Positions 55,838 through 64,000 of a stretch of 64,000 nucleotides of DNA are shown in pieces (positions within the stretch are counted from its first letter, which is position 1; the number at the start of each line of letters is the position of its first letter). The notes under the pieces were generated by a model, which saw only the letters and a program-made list of their open reading frames with translations, was not told the DNA's origin and ran no database searches. The position numbers and the translations under genes are program-made. The stretch covers positions 62,001 to 126,000 of IMG/VR virus record IMGVR_UViG_3300034073_003542. The stretch is one strand, 5' to 3'.

Positions 55838-56377
55838 TTAAGCAATAGACATATCTAAAAATCTCCAGCGATCAAAATCGTCAATAATAACAGATTCATT
55901 GATATGATATAAATAACTCTTAAGATCATCCCATGAAGAAAAAATCATTTCATGAGGTATTGTTCCAAATAACCAGTCCGGAGCATTTTCTTTACCTTGC
56001 TCCATATGTACCAATATAGCTTTTCTTAAATTGTTTGCAGAAAAACATTCCTCCCATGTACCTACTGCGTAATGATCTAGATCAATATTAACTATTAAAA
56101 AATCACTAAGATCAACAAGACGAAGATCAACCTTTCTAATAGTTTTCATAATTTTGGAGAGTTCATCGTATTTACCTTCTTTTTTTAGTTGTTGTTTAAG
56201 AATGTGTGTCTCATCATCCTCTTTACCTATATTCATGGGTTTTTTAAGAGGATTGAACACCACCACACCTAAACTCTGCAAAAATGGAGTAATATCTTCT
56301 CTCCAGCCTCTACCTCTATCCTTTACTCTATCCATTGCTCCTGCAAGATAAACTCTCTGATTAGATAACCTATTCAA
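55838..56377 (-). CDS. Nucleoside 2-deoxyribosyltransferase-like / nucleotide N-hydrolase
   Basis: VYLAGAMD, VVFNP, DLRLVDLSDFLIV, GTWEE. Confidence 0.78.
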   Translation of the reverse strand: MNRLSNQRVYLAGAMDRVKDRGRGWREDITPFLQSLGVVVFNPLKKPMNIGKEDDETHILKQQLKKEGKYDELSKIMKTIRKVDLRLVDLSDFLIVNIDLDHYAVGTWEECFSANNLRKAILVHMEQGKENAPDWLFGTIPHEMIFSSWDDLKSYLYHINESVIIDDFDRWRFLDMSIA

Positions 56378-57136
56378 TCAAATCTCCTTAATAAAACCCT
56401 TGATTGTATTCTCTCTAAAAATATCTAGATAAGGTTGCTTGCTACGATGTACTTCTTCCAAACATCTTGCCAAATGTTCTGGATTTGTGCTTCTACCTTG
56501 GGGGTTTTCATAATACAATCCCACTGGATGATTTAGTAATTCCAATTTTGCTCCACCAAATGCACACCGAAGCCAAAATTCTCCGTCTGCGGCAGAAAAA
56601 TAGCTTTCGTCAAAATATCCAAAACGGTCATGCAAACTCTTTCTCCAAAGAGGCATACAATGAGGACTATTGTGATTTAATAAATTTTCAAGAGAAAAGC
56701 TAGAAATAGGATAAACTAAATTATAGCTATTGTCCTCATATTTTTCGTTGGCTGTTCTTGAAACATAAGTGATACCATAAGCTACATCAATATGGGGTTT
56801 TCTTACTAGAAGTTTATATAGTAATTCTATTCCATGACACGGTTTACGGTCATCAACATTCCAGTTGCCTATAATGTCAGCCTGACATTGTTTAATTGCA
56901 ATATTCCATGCTGGATAAAGTCCTGGATCTTCATCTAATCGAATATATTTAACGTTTTCATACATCCTACTCCTTGGCTCGATATACTTTCTTTCATTTT
57001 CTGGAGAATTACAGTCCAAGATAACAAATTCTGTATCTTCAAACATAGTTTGCTTGAAGACATCTTCCAGATATCCCTCTATAAATTTTTCACCCTTATA
57101 GACAGAACAGAAGATAGATACTTTGTATTTTTTCAT
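56378..57136 (-). CDS. Glycosyltransferase, GT2/GT-A
   Basis: VSIFCSVY, EFVILD, GLYPAWNIAI, WNVDD, ADGEFWLR. Confidence 0.85.
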   Translation of the reverse strand: MKKYKVSIFCSVYKGEKFIEGYLEDVFKQTMFEDTEFVILDCNSPENERKYIEPRSRMYENVKYIRLDEDPGLYPAWNIAIKQCQADIIGNWNVDDRKPCHGIELLYKLLVRKPHIDVAYGITYVSRTANEKYEDNSYNLVYPISSFSLENLLNHNSPHCMPLWRKSLHDRFGYFDESYFSAADGEFWLRCAFGGAKLELLNHPVGLYYENPQGRSTNPEHLARCLEEVHRSKQPYLDIFRENTIKGFIKEI

Positions 57137-58146
57137 TATGAAAGAACCTTAGAGGCAATTAAACATCCTTTAGAAACGCTGTGTAGAGGATCTACGGCAT
57201 GAACAACTTCACTAATTTTGACAGGAAAATCTAATTCGCCCAATTTCTTTTTGAATGTATCTACATATCCGTCAGCTTTTGATGTTCCGCCCGCGATAAC
57301 TATTTTAAGTGGATCTTTGAACTTTGGCAAAGCTTTATGTCCACCTAGAGCAAAAGCTAATTGTTTAACTGTATAATCAATTAATCTTTCATAATATGTA
57401 GCAACAGCCTCTAAGATCGGATTAGGATTAGTTTCGCCCACTTTAAATCCACCGCCCTCTTTTTCGGCTTGTACAACGCTGTCTGGTTCACCAGTTGCAA
57501 CGGCACTCATACGATCAATCCAGTCGCCCGATTTTGTTGTACTAAATACAACCGTTGGTTCACCATTCAACATCACACAAACATTTGTCATTCCAGAACC
57601 ACAACTAATAGCAATACCAGTATAATCGTCATTCTCAAGTTCAGCGTAACACAGAGCTTCTGCTTCGTTGATAGCTCTGGCATCATACCCACATTCAGTT
57701 AAGATAGATTTTACAACATCTTCATGATAACCAACGTCAAAATCTTCTGTTTCTTGGTCTACTGGTTGAGCAGGAACGCAGAACACTAATTTGTCGCCTG
57801 GGTTAGCTGCTTGCCCAACAACTTCTTTGAGAATAAACGCTAGAACTCTTTTTGCATCCTTTTCTTTGGCCGACACTACTCCTCTATACATGGGGCGTTT
57901 TGCTGTGTCGTTTCGCTCAATAGCTTTTTCAATTGCGTCTTTACCAAGTATGATAAATGAGCCATCAACGTCCTTGATAAAGGTTTTTCCTGCTAAACCC
58001 TTCTCGATCATTTTTGTGGCTACAGGAGTAGTAGGCTTAATAACATAAAAAGCATCACGAAATTCTTTATATTCGACATTGCCAGCATCATTGTCTTTTG
58101 ACAAAACAATAAAACTCGTACCCACATCTAAACCAACATTTGCCAT
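57136..58146 (-). CDS. Actin-fold ATPase (ParM/MreB/MamK/FtsA superfamily), 336 aa
   Basis: Phosphate-1 VGLDVGTS, connect-1 INEAEAL, phosphate-2 ISCGSGMTN, adenosine IVIAGGTS, connect-2 DPLHSVSKG; start set at MANVG. Confidence 0.85.
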   Translation of the reverse strand: MANVGLDVGTSFIVLSKDNDAGNVEYKEFRDAFYVIKPTTPVATKMIEKGLAGKTFIKDVDGSFIILGKDAIEKAIERNDTAKRPMYRGVVSAKEKDAKRVLAFILKEVVGQAANPGDKLVFCVPAQPVDQETEDFDVGYHEDVVKSILTECGYDARAINEAEALCYAELENDDYTGIAISCGSGMTNVCVMLNGEPTVVFSTTKSGDWIDRMSAVATGEPDSVVQAEKEGGGFKVGETNPNPILEAVATYYERLIDYTVKQLAFALGGHKALPKFKDPLKIVIAGGTSKADGYVDTFKKKLGELDFPVKISEVVHAVDPLHSVSKGCLIASKVLS

Positions 58147-58165
58147 AATTTTACTCCTATTATTA

Positions 58166-58477
58166 CTATTTTTTGAGACCTTTGAGTTTGTCAACTGCCG
58201 ACGATATATTTTCGTCAGATTTTTTGGTTTCGCCCAGCGACCCATATTTTTTTTCCATGCCGTCAGTTGTGATTTTGGTCACTATTTTCTGATCTTCTAT
58301 AGATATAGTATTGGGGCGAGCTTGATTGTCAACATCCTTTTGCTTCTTAAAGAAAGATTGTGAAGGGGTTCCGAAATTTTGCTGACTATTCAATTTTCCT
58401 ATTAAATATCCCAACAATCCAATAATAATATTGGAAGATAGTACGGATGCGATAATGAGTGAATCGGTATGAGACAT
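58166..58477 (-). CDS. Single N-terminal TM protein co-transcribed with the actin-like gene
   Basis: LIIASVLSSNIIIGLLGYLIG then charged tail ending AVDKLKGLKK. Confidence 0.65.
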   Translation of the reverse strand: MSHTDSLIIASVLSSNIIIGLLGYLIGKLNSQQNFGTPSQSFFKKQKDVDNQARPNTISIEDQKIVTKITTDGMEKKYGSLGETKKSDENISSAVDKLKGLKK

Positions 58478-59046
58478 TATAATTGGCTTAAATATGGTAG
58501 GTTTTTATCTTTTTCTGAGAGGATAATATCCTCAATACCGATAGGATATTCTATATTTACGTCAGGATCATTCCATTTTAGACCTTGCTCTGTTTTTGGA
58601 TTGTGAGAAGATTCTGTCGTTAAATATTGGAATATAGACCTATCCGATATTGTTAATACACCATGAGCGAAACCGGGAGGAATATACATCATTTTTCCCT
58701 CTGGTTTATCTAAACAGCCATATCCCCATAGATAATCATTTCCCACTAAAATGTGTGCTGTATATTTACCAAATGTTTTAGATCCTTTTCTTACATCAAC
58801 AGCAATATCAAATATTCCACCAATAATTGGTTTAACTATTTTACCTTGACTATCGGCCCCAGTATGAAAATGAAGACCTCTTAATACGCCATATTTAGAG
58901 CTAGCTAATTTTGATTGTTTTACTTCTACATTTAATTGATCCTTATTAAAAGTTTCACATAAATATCCTCTATCGTCCTCATAATAATCATGATGAATCA
59001 ATAGAACCTCTGGCAGTATTGTGTCTTTTTCAAATCTAATATTCAT
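58477..59046 (-). CDS. rfbC: dTDP-4-dehydrorhamnose 3,5-epimerase
   Basis: DDRGY, GVLRGLHF, QGKIV, DIAVDVRKGSKTFG, YIPPGFAHG, WNDP, LSEKD. Confidence 0.93.
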   Translation of the reverse strand: MNIRFEKDTILPEVLLIHHDYYEDDRGYLCETFNKDQLNVEVKQSKLASSKYGVLRGLHFHTGADSQGKIVKPIIGGIFDIAVDVRKGSKTFGKYTAHILVGNDYLWGYGCLDKPEGKMMYIPPGFAHGVLTISDRSIFQYLTTESSHNPKTEQGLKWNDPDVNIEYPIGIEDIILSEKDKNLPYLSQL

Positions 59047-59681
59047 CTTTTTAAGTTTCTTCCTATTAAATATCCATTACGACTATTTTTGTTATCAATA
59101 AGGATTTCAAACTCCTCGCTGTTCGCCCTGATATATTCTGCCGCATCATAATTTTTAAGAGTTTCTGTATCGTCCAAGACTATGATTTTTGATCTACCTT
59201 TTAGAATAAAAAATTCAGCTTTAGAACAATATTCTCCTCCATCAAGTATAAGTAAATCTATTTCGTGTGGTATTTTATTTAAGGCTATTGGAGACTCTTT
59301 GTGTTCTCTAATTGATTCCTTAAACCATTCTTTTTGTTGCTCTCTAGAATATGTTGTAAAAAATCTATCTGGATAATTATCTAGATTAATAAGATCTTCT
59401 TCTATTGTAATTCGCCCAAATACTAAATCTACTATCCATAAATCGTCTTTAAGATTTTTTTGAGCTTCTAAATATCTGTCATAATTAGCTTCTATTGACA
59501 TTACTAATGAAGGACTAGATAATATCCATTTACTAGAATCTTTCCATCCATCAATGATACATTTGGTTGAACCCAATCCATTCCATGTACCAATATCTAC
59601 TATTGTTCTTATGTCTTGATGTTTGGCAAGCTCGTAAATCTTTTGTCCTATTTCGGAATCTCTATTGATTTGTCCGCTCAT
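59043..59681 (-). CDS. Class I SAM-dependent methyltransferase-like protein
   Basis: IVDIGTWNGLGST, SIEAN, IDLLILDGGEY, IVLDD. Confidence 0.7.
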   Translation of the reverse strand: MSGQINRDSEIGQKIYELAKHQDIRTIVDIGTWNGLGSTKCIIDGWKDSSKWILSSPSLVMSIEANYDRYLEAQKNLKDDLWIVDLVFGRITIEEDLINLDNYPDRFFTTYSREQQKEWFKESIREHKESPIALNKIPHEIDLLILDGGEYCSKAEFFILKGRSKIIVLDDTETLKNYDAAEYIRANSEEFEILIDNKNSRNGYLIGRNLKR

Positions 59682-61066
59682 GATTTAGGGAAGTTTGTTG
59701 GACTTCCATCCTTTGAGTATTCTGAAAATTTAGGTCGATAATTATCTCCAAGCCAATCCATAGTCTTCGCTAAAACTCCATCATGTTCTGGACTACCATC
59801 ATACAATTCAAATTTTGAAAGGGTTCCAGAGTTGTCCAGACTACTCAATTCTTCCCATAGTTCTGTTCCTGGAAATGGTATACAATCACTTATTTGCCAA
59901 TGAACTTTATTGTTATTTTGCGCGCCTATTGCGGCTAATTCTTTCAGTGTTGCTTGATCTTTTTCCCAAGAATTATCTTTTTCTCCTGGTAGATTTTTCA
60001 TTGTAGTAAAATGAAATTCCATATTGGAAAAATGAGTAACTAAATATTTGAGGTTATCGTATGACACTTTTGTGTCCATATGCTTCTTTACGTTGTCTGA
60101 CAAAACCTGATTAAAAGTTTCTACTCCAAATCTCATGCCAACACAACCAGAGTCTACCATTATATCATAAAGCTCTGGCTTACTCGTATCTATTCTACCC
60201 ATCATTGTCCAGGGCAAACCAAGCTTTTTTAATCCGTCACACATTTCTGTGATTCGCTTTGGACCCAAATTCCAAGTATCATCATCAAAAAATATGCTCT
60301 TGAGTGAGTCTCCAAGTAATGTTCGCATTTGATTTAATTCATCTATAACAGCACTAGCTGATCTACTTCTATACTTACCATTATTAATAACATTAGGCCA
60401 TTGACAATAAGTACACTTAAATGGACATCCGCGAGAAGTACTAATAGTTAATTGTATTCTGGGCGTTCCCATAGAAGGATCGTAATAATTTGCGATATAA
60501 GATGGGCGGAGTGGTAGAAAATTATCACCATTTGGTAGAGTGTCTAGATTTGTTAAGTGTTCAAATTTATAGATAGATTTAGATTCATTTCCTTTTTGGC
60601 AAATATCTAAGGCCGGGATATCATATTCACCAATAATACAATTATCAATATAATCCAGTTTTATACATTCTTCTGCATAAACCTTCATATGAGGTCCACA
60701 AAACACATTTCTACAATTTAGTTCTTGTTTTGCCCATTGAGCGAACTCTCTATTTAGTTCATATGTTGGAGTTGAAACATCGTAAAAAACAACATCTGGT
60801 TTATACTCCAGGAACATACGCTTAGAATTATTGAGATTACTATGTCGTAATGCAACACCATCATATAATTCTACTTCAAATCCATGAGACTGAACATATT
60901 TAGCAGCATAACCCAACCAAAAAGGAAACGGAGCATACCCATGAAAGTGTGATCCTTTATTTGTCCAAGGCCAACGAGAACCAGCATTTGGTCCTGTATG
61001 AATCTCTCCATTGATTATTCTAACGTATGGTATATTTGCGAATAAAATTTTCATGATTGTATCCAT
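59678..61066 (-). CDS. B12-binding radical SAM protein
   Basis: N-terminal cobalamin-binding-like domain; SRGCPFKCTYC; FFDDDTW; SGCVGMRFGVET. Confidence 0.88.
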   Translation of the reverse strand: MDTIMKILFANIPYVRIINGEIHTGPNAGSRWPWTNKGSHFHGYAPFPFWLGYAAKYVQSHGFEVELYDGVALRHSNLNNSKRMFLEYKPDVVFYDVSTPTYELNREFAQWAKQELNCRNVFCGPHMKVYAEECIKLDYIDNCIIGEYDIPALDICQKGNESKSIYKFEHLTNLDTLPNGDNFLPLRPSYIANYYDPSMGTPRIQLTISTSRGCPFKCTYCQWPNVINNGKYRSRSASAVIDELNQMRTLLGDSLKSIFFDDDTWNLGPKRITEMCDGLKKLGLPWTMMGRIDTSKPELYDIMVDSGCVGMRFGVETFNQVLSDNVKKHMDTKVSYDNLKYLVTHFSNMEFHFTTMKNLPGEKDNSWEKDQATLKELAAIGAQNNNKVHWQISDCIPFPGTELWEELSSLDNSGTLSKFELYDGSPEHDGVLAKTMDWLGDNYRPKFSEYSKDGSPTNFPKS

Positions 61067-61920
61067 TCCTTAAAATTTGCTAGTCTGTGTTTTATAGTAT
61101 GATTTTCAATAGTTTTGTGGTAAGCTGTTTGACGAAATGGCATAGTATAGTCGGGATGCTTTAAATAGAACTCTATAGCCTTTTCGCACTCAGTCTTATT
61201 TTTTACGAATACCATACATCCATCAAAATTATCAACTAAATCTTGTGACGTATCAGAAATAATAAAACCTTGACATGCCATGATATTAAAAAGACGAAAA
61301 TTAAAAGTTCCATAATCAAGATGTTCTTTCAAATGAGCGTTGAGACAAATAATGGAACTAGTATATAACTTTCTTTCACCTTCTAATGATATCTTTCCTT
61401 TGCAACATTCGTCATTCCATGATTGTGGATTTCCATAAATAGAAAGTCCATATGGTTTTGCAGATAGGATATAGTCTTCTGTTGTTTGTTTATCTCTTAT
61501 ATTATTCCCAACAAAACAGCAGTTAATATAGAAATTGCTATCAAAATCTGGATAATAAATATCTGGATCTGTTCCGAATTGACAAACCAATCCTTCTTCC
61601 TCACATGCTTCTTGCATTTTTTTTGATGTAAAAATGTATTTATTATAGCGATGTTTGTGTTGCTGGAACATTTCTACTGTGCCGGGCCAATAAGGCTTTG
61701 GAAACACATTTTGTAGATATAGAACTTTAATGGGCGAATTTGAATTGTCTTGTAGTAGAGGGCTAAAAGATATGGAAATGTCGTGATCGCCAGGAGCGTT
61801 AAGGGTCGCCCCTAATTCTTTTGCCCACATTCTTGCTAGAAGCTCGTCACCTTGGACATTGGCTCCATTATTTTGTATTGTTAAAGAAGTTGTTGATGTT
61901 GATAAGATATTAATTTTCAT
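61051..61920 (-). CDS. CgeB-like / glycosyltransferase family 1-2 protein
   Basis: FVGN, IYGNP, YTSSIICLNAH, NFRLFNIMACQGFIISD, HTIKHR. Confidence 0.8.
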   Translation of the reverse strand: MKINILSTSTTSLTIQNNGANVQGDELLARMWAKELGATLNAPGDHDISISFSPLLQDNSNSPIKVLYLQNVFPKPYWPGTVEMFQQHKHRYNKYIFTSKKMQEACEEEGLVCQFGTDPDIYYPDFDSNFYINCCFVGNNIRDKQTTEDYILSAKPYGLSIYGNPQSWNDECCKGKISLEGERKLYTSSIICLNAHLKEHLDYGTFNFRLFNIMACQGFIISDTSQDLVDNFDGCMVFVKNKTECEKAIEFYLKHPDYTMPFRQTAYHKTIENHTIKHRLANFKEWIQS

Positions 61921-62749
61921 GAGTCATCCTAAAAAGCCCCTGATCTATTGTATTTGGTAGATCGTCAAACATCCTGTTGTATTTTGCTGGATTTAGAGAT
62001 ATGTCTTTTGGAAATCTTGTTGGGATTGTGTCTATGGGCTTTAATAGTTTTTCGTTTTTACCAAAAGCCAGAGCTACTTTCTTATAAAGATTGTATCGAT
62101 TTGATGCCCATGCAGCAAGATGAATAAGTTTAATTTTATTTACATCGTCAAACATAACTCGCTCAAGCATTTCGGCAAAATTTATAACATATGTTGGGCT
62201 ATTAATCACTTTTCTATAACACTCTATAATTTCACCTTTATCTAATTCATCTAATAGCCATTTTATCCACGGAGATCCACTTCCATAAAGACCAGAAGTT
62301 CTAACTACAATACCATTTGAAGCATCGTTTGTTGTGATTTCTCCCAACATCTTACTAATTCCATAAAAAGTTTTGGGGTTCGCTTGACTCTTTTCTGTAT
62401 AAATTCCTCCTTCATCACCAGAAAAAACATAGTCTGTTGATATATAAATAAATTTTATGTCACTAATAATTGTTTCAAGAATTGTTTTGGGTGCTTCTGT
62501 ATTTATTTGTGTGGCTAATTCTTTATTTTGTTCACATAAATTAATATCTTTTATACCAGCAGCATAAATTATATGTGAATAATAGGGTTTATTTTTAGAG
62601 CTAAAATATTTTCTTACATCCACATCATTGGTTAAATCAAGGTCTTTTCTTCCTATAATATGTGTGGTATACTTTTGAGAAAAAAATTTGTAAAGATTAG
62701 TCCCAACAAATCCGTTTCCCACTATCAATATTTGTTTTTGTGGGTGCAT
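61910..62749 (-). CDS. rfbD: dTDP-4-dehydrorhamnose reductase
   Basis: GNGFVG, ISTDYVFSG, YGISK (YxxxK), VVRTSGLYG, SPTY. Confidence 0.88.
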   Translation of the reverse strand: MHPQKQILIVGNGFVGTNLYKFFSQKYTTHIIGRKDLDLTNDVDVRKYFSSKNKPYYSHIIYAAGIKDINLCEQNKELATQINTEAPKTILETIISDIKFIYISTDYVFSGDEGGIYTEKSQANPKTFYGISKMLGEITTNDASNGIVVRTSGLYGSGSPWIKWLLDELDKGEIIECYRKVINSPTYVINFAEMLERVMFDDVNKIKLIHLAAWASNRYNLYKKVALAFGKNEKLLKPIDTIPTRFPKDISLNPAKYNRMFDDLPNTIDQGLFRMTHEN

Positions 62750-63570
62750 TATGTTTCTGTTTCTTGTGCCGCTTTTTTAATTCGATTAATCCAATAGCTT
62801 TGACTAGTTATAGATAATTGATAAGTTTTACCAATAGTGATATTATACAAATCTTCCATATGTTGTTTATCTCTTAGTTCATCAATATCGTTTATAATAA
62901 TAATAGGCAATTTTTCATACATTTCATAAATTTTGTAGTCGCCTATCTTTACAGTAATTGGAATCCTGCCAGCATACAGAGTTTCCCATAGACGATGCGT
63001 GTCAACCCCGTTTCCCGCTGGACACAGGTTCATTTTATATTTCTTGACCTCTGACACCCACTCTTTAATGGAAAGCGTAGGGGATTCGCAAACGATATGA
63101 GAGCAATTAGAAGCAATATTCCAAACCTTGTTTCTGTGTTCAGTATTTGTTTTGATGTTAAAGTTACAGTAAATAAATTCACTAATTGATTCTGGCTGCA
63201 TATAATTTAAACAGTCCATTTTTTCTTGTACGCGATTTCCCCAGCCAACTCCGTGTCCGTTTCTTATGCACTCGTCACGGTTTTCAATTCCTATTGGAAT
63301 TGGCTCTATGATTGGATTTTTAGATACTGCGTTTTGACAAAACCATTTTGTAATATTTTTGGGCGCTAAATCTAGAATATGATCAGTGATCGGATAATCA
63401 GAGTTACCTGTAATTAAAATAACATCATGATCAAGCAAGCTTATTTGTCCAAAATCTTCTTGTAAAAAATCAGTTTTACAAAACCACACCTTATCTCCAT
63501 CATGAAGATTGGCGAAATTATTAAGTTGTATAAAATCAAGATTTCTGTTCATAAGATTTTTCTTCCACAA
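62749..63570 (-). CDS. Exostosin-like (GT47) glycosyltransferase
   Basis: PIPIGIEN, NFNIKTN..HR, LCPAGNGVDTHRLWETLYAGRIP, LPI. Confidence 0.75.
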   Translation of the reverse strand: MWKKNLMNRNLDFIQLNNFANLHDGDKVWFCKTDFLQEDFGQISLLDHDVILITGNSDYPITDHILDLAPKNITKWFCQNAVSKNPIIEPIPIGIENRDECIRNGHGVGWGNRVQEKMDCLNYMQPESISEFIYCNFNIKTNTEHRNKVWNIASNCSHIVCESPTLSIKEWVSEVKKYKMNLCPAGNGVDTHRLWETLYAGRIPITVKIGDYKIYEMYEKLPIIIINDIDELRDKQHMEDLYNITIGKTYQLSITSQSYWINRIKKAAQETET

Positions 63571-63916
63571 AGTCTGATCCAGTTAAGTCGTTAAGCTTAC
63601 GTTTTAGTTCAGCTCTCTTATCATTAAATGTATATACATCACGAGCAAGCTGGATAAACTCGTCATCAAATTCTTTTAATCTTTCTTTGACACGAATTTT
63701 GTCTTCAGTTTCCCACAAAATATGATTTACTTCACTTAACGTCACATAATATTGAATAATTTCTGGACGCACCATCCAAATCGAACAAATCTCATATAAA
63801 TAATGATATTCTTTTTTAACATTAGCTAGTTTTTGTGGATCTTTTACTTTATCTAATTTAATACTTAGAATGTTCAATTTATCCAAAATCTCGCCGCTAG
63901 AAACCTCGATCTGCAT
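63536..63916 (-). CDS. DUF6165-like protein
   Basis: IEVSSGEILDKLNILSIK...LWETEDKIR..E...FDDEFIQLARDVYTFNDKRAELK..N...EEKSY. Confidence 0.75.
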   Translation of the reverse strand: MQIEVSSGEILDKLNILSIKLDKVKDPQKLANVKKEYHYLYEICSIWMVRPEIIQYYVTLSEVNHILWETEDKIRVKERLKEFDDEFIQLARDVYTFNDKRAELKRKLNDLTGSDFVEEKSYEQKS

Positions 63917-63999
63917 TATACTTCCTCCCAAATTTTGGTTGTTGTCATGTCGCTATAAGGCAATAGATGTTTATTTTTGTGATAGAATAGCTTTCCAGA
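63916..63999 (-). CDS. C-terminal fragment of upstream gene (window edge)
   Basis: ...SGKLFYHKNKHLLPYSDMTTTKIWEEV-stop, TAATG-coupled to the DUF6165-like gene. Confidence 0.5.
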   Translation of the reverse strand, partial: SGKLFYHKNKHLLPYSDMTTTKIWEEV

Positions 64000-64000
64000 A

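Noticed and set aside
57136-58245. 33-aa basic N-terminal extension on the actin-like ORF, and similar extensions on dUTPase, sigma and DUF6165-like ORFs
   Set aside because: The extensions overlap upstream genes or lack an RBS; downstream ATGs have RBS or coupled stop-start junctions.
776-59376. Plus-strand ORFs of 60-140 aa in the ORF track
   Set aside because: All are antisense shadows of well-supported minus-strand genes, with no motifs or RBS support.
1-64000. tRNA/rRNA genes or a prophage-in-chromosome context
   Set aside because: No intergenic gap shows a cloverleaf or T-loop signature; no integrase, att site or host housekeeping synteny; single-strand dense phage-type organisation throughout.

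Overview
The window is a 64 kb segment of a large, AT-rich (roughly one-third GC by eye) tailed dsDNA phage genome; host not determinable from this sequence. Essentially all real genes lie on the minus strand, densely packed, in the standard bacterial code. In window order: (1) 0-16.5 kb replication, recombination and dNTP module: DnaE N-terminus, Cas4/AddB-like nuclease, dNMP kinase, primase, DnaB+intein, RecA+intein, HNH, PhoH, dUTPase, NrdA, NrdB+intein, dCMP deaminase. (2) 16.5-42 kb tail-fibre/adhesin arsenal of paralogous repeat proteins, with an embedded membrane-protein/papain-protease/holin-like cluster and a sulfotransferase. (3) 43-56 kb accessory genes: degenerate DeoC, ClpP, NAMPT-like + NADAR + Prs-like (NARP1-type NAD+ rebuilding), GMP reductase, sigma factor, homing endonucleases. 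(4) 56-64 kb glycosylation cluster with an embedded actin-fold ATPase. Top observations: dnaE is broken in its first PHP motif by a 7-nt gap (UCG-UAA-A-UCG) with matched take-off/landing codons directly after a GC-rich hairpin, the architecture of programmed translational bypassing; the hexamer GGGCGA/TCGCCC is strongly over-represented in core genes but scarce in the adhesin islands; and a phage actin homologue sits beside a membrane-anchored partner. No tRNA, rRNA or CRISPR array was seen.
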